From NCBI RefSeq assembly GCF_009914755.1, contig NC_060936.1: DNA of 64,000 nucleotides. One strand, 5' to 3'. The notes beneath the pieces are model-generated. The model made no database searches, had not been told where the DNA came from, and saw only the letters and a list, made by a program, of their open reading frames with translations. The stretch is from the human T2T-CHM13v2.0 reference genome, Homo sapiens. Shown piece by piece: positions 57,444 to 64,000 of this stretch (its first letter is position 1; each line of letters opens with the position of its first letter). The translations under genes were made by a program, and so were the position numbers.

Positions 57444-57964
57444 CAAGGGTCCCCCACCCCCGGGCCACAGCCCAGTACCAGTCTGTGGCCTGTTAGGAAG
57501 TGGGCCACACAGCAGGAGGTGAGCTGTGAGTAGGTGAGCAAAGCTTCATCTGTATTTATAGCTGCTCCCCTTGGCTGGGGTTACTGCCTGAGCTCCACCT
57601 CCTCTCAGATCAGCAGTGGCATTAGATTCTCATAGGAGTGCGAACCCTATTGTGAACTGCCCACCTGGGGGATCCAGAGTGCATAATCCTTATGAGAATC
57701 TAATGCCTGATGATCTGTCACTGTCTCCCATCACCCACAGATGGGACTGTCTAGTTGACGGAAAACAAGCTCAGGGCTCCCACTGATTCTACATTATGGC
57801 GAGTTGTATAATTATTTCATTATATATTACAATTTAATAGAAATGAAGTGTACCATAGTGTAATGCACTTGAACCATCCCAAAACCACCCCCCCTTCCTC
57901 CGAGCCTGGAAAATGTGTCTTCTACAAAACTGGTCCTTGGTACCAAAAAGGTTGGGGACTGCTG
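57444..57964 (+). mobile_element. MER1A hAT-Charlie element
   Basis: caagggtccccc...gtggcctgttagga...gcattagattctcatagg...ccaaaaaggttggggactgctg. Confidence 0.88.
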
Positions 57965-59084
57965 CTGTAGGTGACACTGGTGTGTGCCAGTAGGAACACA
58001 CCCACACACGTGCTCACACGCGTCCATACAGCATCCCCCTCACTGGGGCCAGGTCTTCCCTGTTTGGAAGGAACCATCCCGCCCTCCCCTCGCTCCCTTC
58101 CCAGCCGCCTGCTCGGGGTCTCCGAGCAGAACAACCCCACCAATTCATCAGGGGACGACAGCCTCTCAGAGCTGTTTGGGGGCATAAATCAAATGGCCAG
58201 GAGAAAAGGTTTTTTTTAAAAAAAAAGGTAGCGGAGAGAGAAAAATCAGGAAAGGGGTGGGGAGAAAAAGCAACGGCAGGAGAGAGAGGGGAAACGAGAT
58301 CAAAGGGAAAACTTCAGAGATAACAGCATTATTTATTTTTCCTGCTCGCAGTCACTGGGTCTTTGAGGCCTCCACACTGATGTATTTGGACGTCTTGGGG
58401 CCGTCTGTTACCAGAGGCCACCCTAGCCCCTCTGCACGGGCCCAGCCCCCCTATAGGCATGCCAGTTCCATCAGCAGCGGCTGCTCCTGGAGTCTTTTGA
58501 AGTGGGTCCTGGTGGTGTTTATTCGCCTTCGTGTAAGAAACGTGTGCACAGTGCTGGCGGCTGCAGCTGCCCTGGGTGGAGGTGGGAGAGAAGGGGGTCC
58601 CCCCTCATCACTCATGAGCCTGTTTATTTGGGAACCAGAGCAGGCCTTTCTCCAGTTATTATTCAACGTCCTCTACAGGCTACACCCGCCATCCCCCATT
58701 CCAGAAGGTGGGGCAGGAATAACAAACATGCCGCCACCTCTGCCAGAGGCTCCCATCTTGTCTGGCCCCATGGTGTACTTGGCTTTCAGAGAAGAGATGG
58801 AGATGAAGGGCCCGCGAGGATGTTCAGCTGGTGGTCCCAAGAAGACTCAGAACAAGATGGTTAGAGGCATGGATCCAGCAGCCAGAACACCAGGGCTCAA
58901 TAGTTCTGCCCCTAGTTACTATGACTCATGTGCAAGTGAACTTACTGAATCCTCGAATCAACTGGTCTTTCCCAGATGGGGGAAACTGAGGCCAAAAGAA
59001 GTCAACATATGCAAATAACTGAGTATTCAATACGGCAAATCCAAATGTCAGTGGTTCAAAACTTGGCGAATTGCTGAAGATTAA

Positions 59085-59388
<304 letters not shown>

Positions 59389-61869
59389 CTCCATCCTCTA
59401 ATTTTTAACTCAACTGGTTGAAAGCTTAAGGCATTCTCTGTTCTAAAAAACTAGCTAAGTTTTGTGCTTAAGTTTAAATGGATAGTATTAAGGTTAATGA
59501 ATAGTGTTGGTACAGAATGCAAGATTGTCATGTTCAACGGGGAACACCACTTTCCTCAAGTCACCATCAAATCAGTTAGGCATAATATTAAACTGGGTAT
59601 ATGAGCAAGACTCAAGTCAGATGGCAGAAGCTGACAGTTGAGGCTGGCACTTGCTGTGTGACCTGTGAAACACAGAGTCTAGCTCTTATTTTCTTCTCAG
59701 TAAGACAGATAGTTCCTTCCTTTGTGAGGTGTTTGCAAGGGTTCTATGGGATTTAAACACTTGTATAAACACGATGTGCCAAGCACTGTTCTGAGTGCCT
59801 GCTAAAACATTTGCTGGAGTCTCAGAACAGTCCTACAAAATAGATACTATTATTTCCATTTTACAGATGAAAAAACTGAGGCTGACAGAAGCAAACAAGG
59901 TTAAACAGCCTAACATTTCTAGGGGTATACAATAGATCAGAGGTTGACCGCTTAAAGTTTTATCTCATGTTCATAAGCCTTGACAGTTCATAATTGCAAC
60001 ATGGGCTGCTCTGTGCTGTAATCTCCGGGACAGGGTACTTTGGAACGCAAATAAGCAGGTGTAAGAGATGACTCTCCTGGAAGGGATATAGGAGAAAAAT
60101 AGGAACATGCTCTCAGGCAGAGACATGTCCTGAGTCTCAGTGAGAGGTGGTAGCCCAGCCCACCCACTTGTTTCTCCTACAGAGTCAGGAACCAGTCCTG
60201 CAAGAGGGATTGTGGGCCAGCCAGATCCTGGTGGTTGGACCCTGGGCACCACTGGGAGTCAGGAGCAAGTGGGTTTTCCTGGGCATGCAGAGCTGAGGGA
60301 AGGCTCCTCCTGGGGGACAGAGGGAGGGCCATGCTAGCTTCTGGTTTGAGGCAAGAGAAGAAGTCATCCAGCAGACCACAGAGATGCTTCAGGTCCCTCT
60401 GAGGTTAGGGTAAGGAGTCTCCCGGAGTCAGCAGGGTTGCTGGAATTTATAGTTTGAGTACAGCTGGAGCCTACTTCACTCCATCCTGAGTGCTCCTCAG
60501 AGCCCTGCTGTCAGACACCAGCACAACAGGACCATGCCAGTTATTCAGCATTAATTAAGCCACCTGGATTCACATTTAGCCAATTTAGAAAAACTGAAGT
60601 GTATCTTTATTCTCCTCTGCCATCGAGGCTGTTCTAGAAATCACAGTGGCAAATGCTTCTCAAACTTCTCACTCTCACCCTCCCTTCATCTAATCCAAGC
60701 CTTGGAATAATCCTGCAGAAGGTGGCATAGCTAGAGTTTAGATAGTAGCCCATTCTTGAAATGGGGCCAGACCGGTGGTCTTCAGTTTGCCTTCCGCTCT
60801 TTGGCCCTCAAAGGTCCTGGCTGGGCTGTGCTGAGAAGGAAACTGAAGAGCAGTTCTCTGGAGGAGCTGCTTTTAGACAGTGCAGATGAAGACCCGAGAC
60901 CCCTGACACAAGCTCACAGGCAGAGGGGGAAGGCTCTTGCTGGCGAGGTGCTCATTGGGTAAGGGGAGCAGTCTGGTTTTGATGTAGGAGTCATTTACTC
61001 ACATCAGGAAAAGGGCTCAGGAAGGCAGTTGTTATGTGACCCTTGGCCAGCCTGGAAGCCCTGCAGACCCAGAAAACCACGATGTAGTCATCACATCGAC
61101 TTTGTGCGATGCTTCTGACACAGCAGAAGTCCTCGCTAAATTCGTGTGATGTTCCAATGAAAACAGACATACATTTTTATTATAGGACCTTATTACTCAG
61201 GAAGGTACTGATTGATCTTCAGACCAGGTGGATCACTCAGAACACTGATGAGCCTTCTATCAATCACAAAAACTGGGACCTAAAGGCGAAGATTCTAGAC
61301 TTTTCTCAGGTTCAGGTTTGCTATTGCTGCATTATCTTGAGGTTCCACTTAGAAGCTAAGTCAGTAAGAATTACAACTTTCTCTCCTCTTTTCCTGTCTC
61401 AGCCAGAGAACTTCTAAGAGTGTGTGGTTCAAGGATTTTTTTTCCTACTTGGTGTAACAGTGATGAACATCAGCAAATAGTCTTGAGGCTTTAATTTAAA
61501 GGTCACTTAAATCTTACCCAATCTAGAGAGAATCACATTTTACAGATGAGAAAACAGAGGCTCAGACCACCTCATGCAGCAGGCTTTCCCCAGATTCATA
61601 CAGCTAGGAAGTGTTAGAAGTAGGGCACAGGATCCAGGTTGGCTGGGGTCTAGAATGCATGGTCTGAGTGGCTCTGCATGCCTAGAACTCCACTCAGGTG
61701 GGGACCTTGCCTCTCTTCCACACTGTGGAACAGCATCTGGGTGCTGGCTGTGATCTTGAGGCTCAGAGGTGAAGGGAGTTCCCAATTTCTTCATTGTTAA
61801 GACAGAAGTAGTGAAACATCTACTCTTTGGCCACAAAGAGGCACTGTAACAAACATGGTAGAGGATGAA

Positions 61870-62015
<146 letters not shown>

Positions 62016-62429
62016 GGAAAGTGGGTTCTTTTGTCCGTGTTTTTCATAAATCTAAGTACGTTCAGAATGACCTTGAGAAGCAACAGCTTCTGTGGCACCC
62101 TCTAATGGAGGTGGGACCACTGGAACAGATGTGTCTCAGGTTCTTGGCCTTGCACTGGGGCCAGTCTCTGGGTGGCTGCCAGGTCTCTGCAGGTATTTCA
62201 AGGCTTTAGGGTCATACCAGACACCAGACAGAAGCGCAGTGGGAACGGTGGTGGCTGCTTCTGAGCAGCTGCCCAGATGCCTCCACTTTGAAGTTCTCAA
62301 ACATGCTGAGCCCAGAGCCAGAAAGCACTGAAGTTGGTGTTCTTGTCTTTAATCAGAAGTGTTTCAAGTGTCCGATTTAAGAGTTAAGAAAAACCCAGCA
62401 CTAAACTTGTAGTCTTGGAATATACTTTT

Positions 62430-62665
62430 ACTTTGGAATAATTGTAAGTGTACAGAAAAGTTACCAAGTAGAGAGAGTCCTGTATATCCTTCACCCAGCT
62501 TCCCCTAATGTCAACGTTTTACATTACCATGATACATTTGTCAAAATTAAAGTGAATATTGGTATATTGCTACTGACTCCAGACTTCATTTGGATTTCAG
62601 CAATGATTAACTATTGACTTTTTGTTCCAGGATTCAACCCAAGGTACCACAGTGCATTTAGAAGA
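62430..62665 (-). mobile_element. L1MC-type fragment
   Basis: ccttcacccagcttcccctaatgt...acatttgtcaaaa...tgttccaggattcaacccaagg. Confidence 0.65.
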
Positions 62666-62807
62666 GTATTAATTTTTAACATAAGACAGGGAATATACTT
62701 CCTAAAGCCAAGTCACACACACAAAAAAGGTCCTCTTTAACTCCTGGCTTCCTGCCCCAGTGCCATTAAGTTCCATCTCTAGTCTTCTCAACTACAGATT
62801 ATAGTCT

Positions 62808-62985
62808 TCTGTCCAATATGGTACCCATTACCCAATGGGGGCAATTTCAAATTAAATCAAAATTAACATTCTGTTTTTTTGGTCATACTGGCTATACTAA
62901 GTGCTCAATAGTACACATTGTTAGTGGCTATGGCACTGAGCAGGACAGATATAGAACACTTCCATACATACACAAGCTGCACTGT
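62808..62985. mobile_element. MER3-like hAT element
   Basis: ctgtccaatatggta...aagtgctcaatag..cacat...tagtggcta...cagatatagaacac. Confidence 0.6.
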
Positions 62986-64000
62986 TCTAGACTTTCTCAT
63001 GTGTCTTCCTACAAGTGGATACTTAAATACATACTTTTTTTAAACTTGGTTTTTTAATGCAGTACAGACTGCTGCACATAAAATGGGAATTTAACCTAAT
63101 GTGTTTGAGATCATCCCACACTGGTTTATACTGATCTTCCTCATTCATTTCAGCTGCTGCAGAGTGTGGGTTTCTCATTATGTAAGTCAGGCACTTTTGA
63201 TGAGCACTTAGGTTATTTCCAGTTTCTTCCTAATGAAGGCTACAAGGAACATCCTTGTTCATTCTGGGAGCCCTACATTGATTTGATTCAGGGTAGAGGG
63301 GCTTAGGTCAGGAATAAAAATATTGCCTCTAAAAGCTCTTTCTGTGTCACAAGAACTGTGTTCAGACTGATGGCCAGAGTGGAGAGAAATCAGCAAAGCT
63401 GCCACATGGGCAGGAGGCCAGGAGCCATCCAGACATGTTTTGGGCCACTTTGGAGAGAAGTGGTCTAGAGATGCCATTTGGGCACCCACAGAACAACATG
63501 ATAATCGGACTGGAAAGTTGCATCTAACCAGTCCAAGGGGCCAAACTGTACAGTTTGATTGGCAAATACTAACTGCATAATAAAAATATCAGTAGCTGGA
63601 TCTAAAGCAGTTATGTGGCAGCTTTGTACAAGCCCTAGGTAATACCATAATCCTTAACTCTACTGGGTTGAGTTATATTATCACCATTTTACAGATGGGG
63701 AGACTGGTGAAAGGTTAGGGACTTTCTTCATTCTGTTCCCTCAAAATATTCTAGATGTAAGTGGCAGAGCTGGGCATGAACTTGACAGAGCCCATGATTC
63801 TAACATGTCACTAGTCACATTCTTGTGCATGGGACAGCATGTCAAGATGGTGCAGAGAATTTCCACATACCCTTCACCCAGCCTCCCCTGGTGTCCCATG
63901 GTAATGTAAGATGTGGATGTTTGTCAAAAGAAGTTAACTTTGTGCATTACTATAAACTATACGCTGGACTTTGGATTTCAATTTTTCCACCCATGTCCTG

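Noticed and set aside
58257-59018. 253-aa ORF
   Set aside because: Non-ATG start, no recognisable domain or exon signals, and it runs into MIR-like sequence; the region is better explained as regulatory DNA.

Overview
This is primate (probably human) non-coding genomic DNA. It is dominated by interspersed repeats: about 26 Alu copies or fragments, many MIR and L2 remnants, MaLR LTRs (MLT1, MST, THE1), ERVL LTRs, old L1 fragments and DNA transposons (MER20, MER30, MER1A, MER58, MER5, MER94, Tigger1). I cannot support any protein-coding exon. The long ORFs at 32.3-34.1 kb are artefacts of a ~1.7 kb polypurine tract, and most other ORFs are Alu-derived. The most informative structures are products of the L1 machinery. 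(1) At 42711-43546 is a full-length processed copy of a doubly spliced HERV-H/LTR7 RNA (R-U5-PBS(His)-leader / gag-end exon / U3-R-polyA), flanked by a 15-bp TSD inside an MST LTR. It has an extra 5' G and an ESRG-like reading frame. (2) At 22917-22953 is a tailless 5S rRNA 5' fragment with a TSD, nested in an Alu monomer that itself sits in an MLT1. (3) At 54850-55656 is a TSD-flanked, polyadenylated ~0.8 kb orphan retro-insertion made of Tigger1 and L1 scraps. Also noted are a candidate Wnt/Hox enhancer near 58 kb, several hairpins and template-switch scars, and tandem repeats. Repeat family names come from my recall of consensus sequences, and boundaries are approximate unless a TSD is quoted. 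I see no novel multi-gene system.
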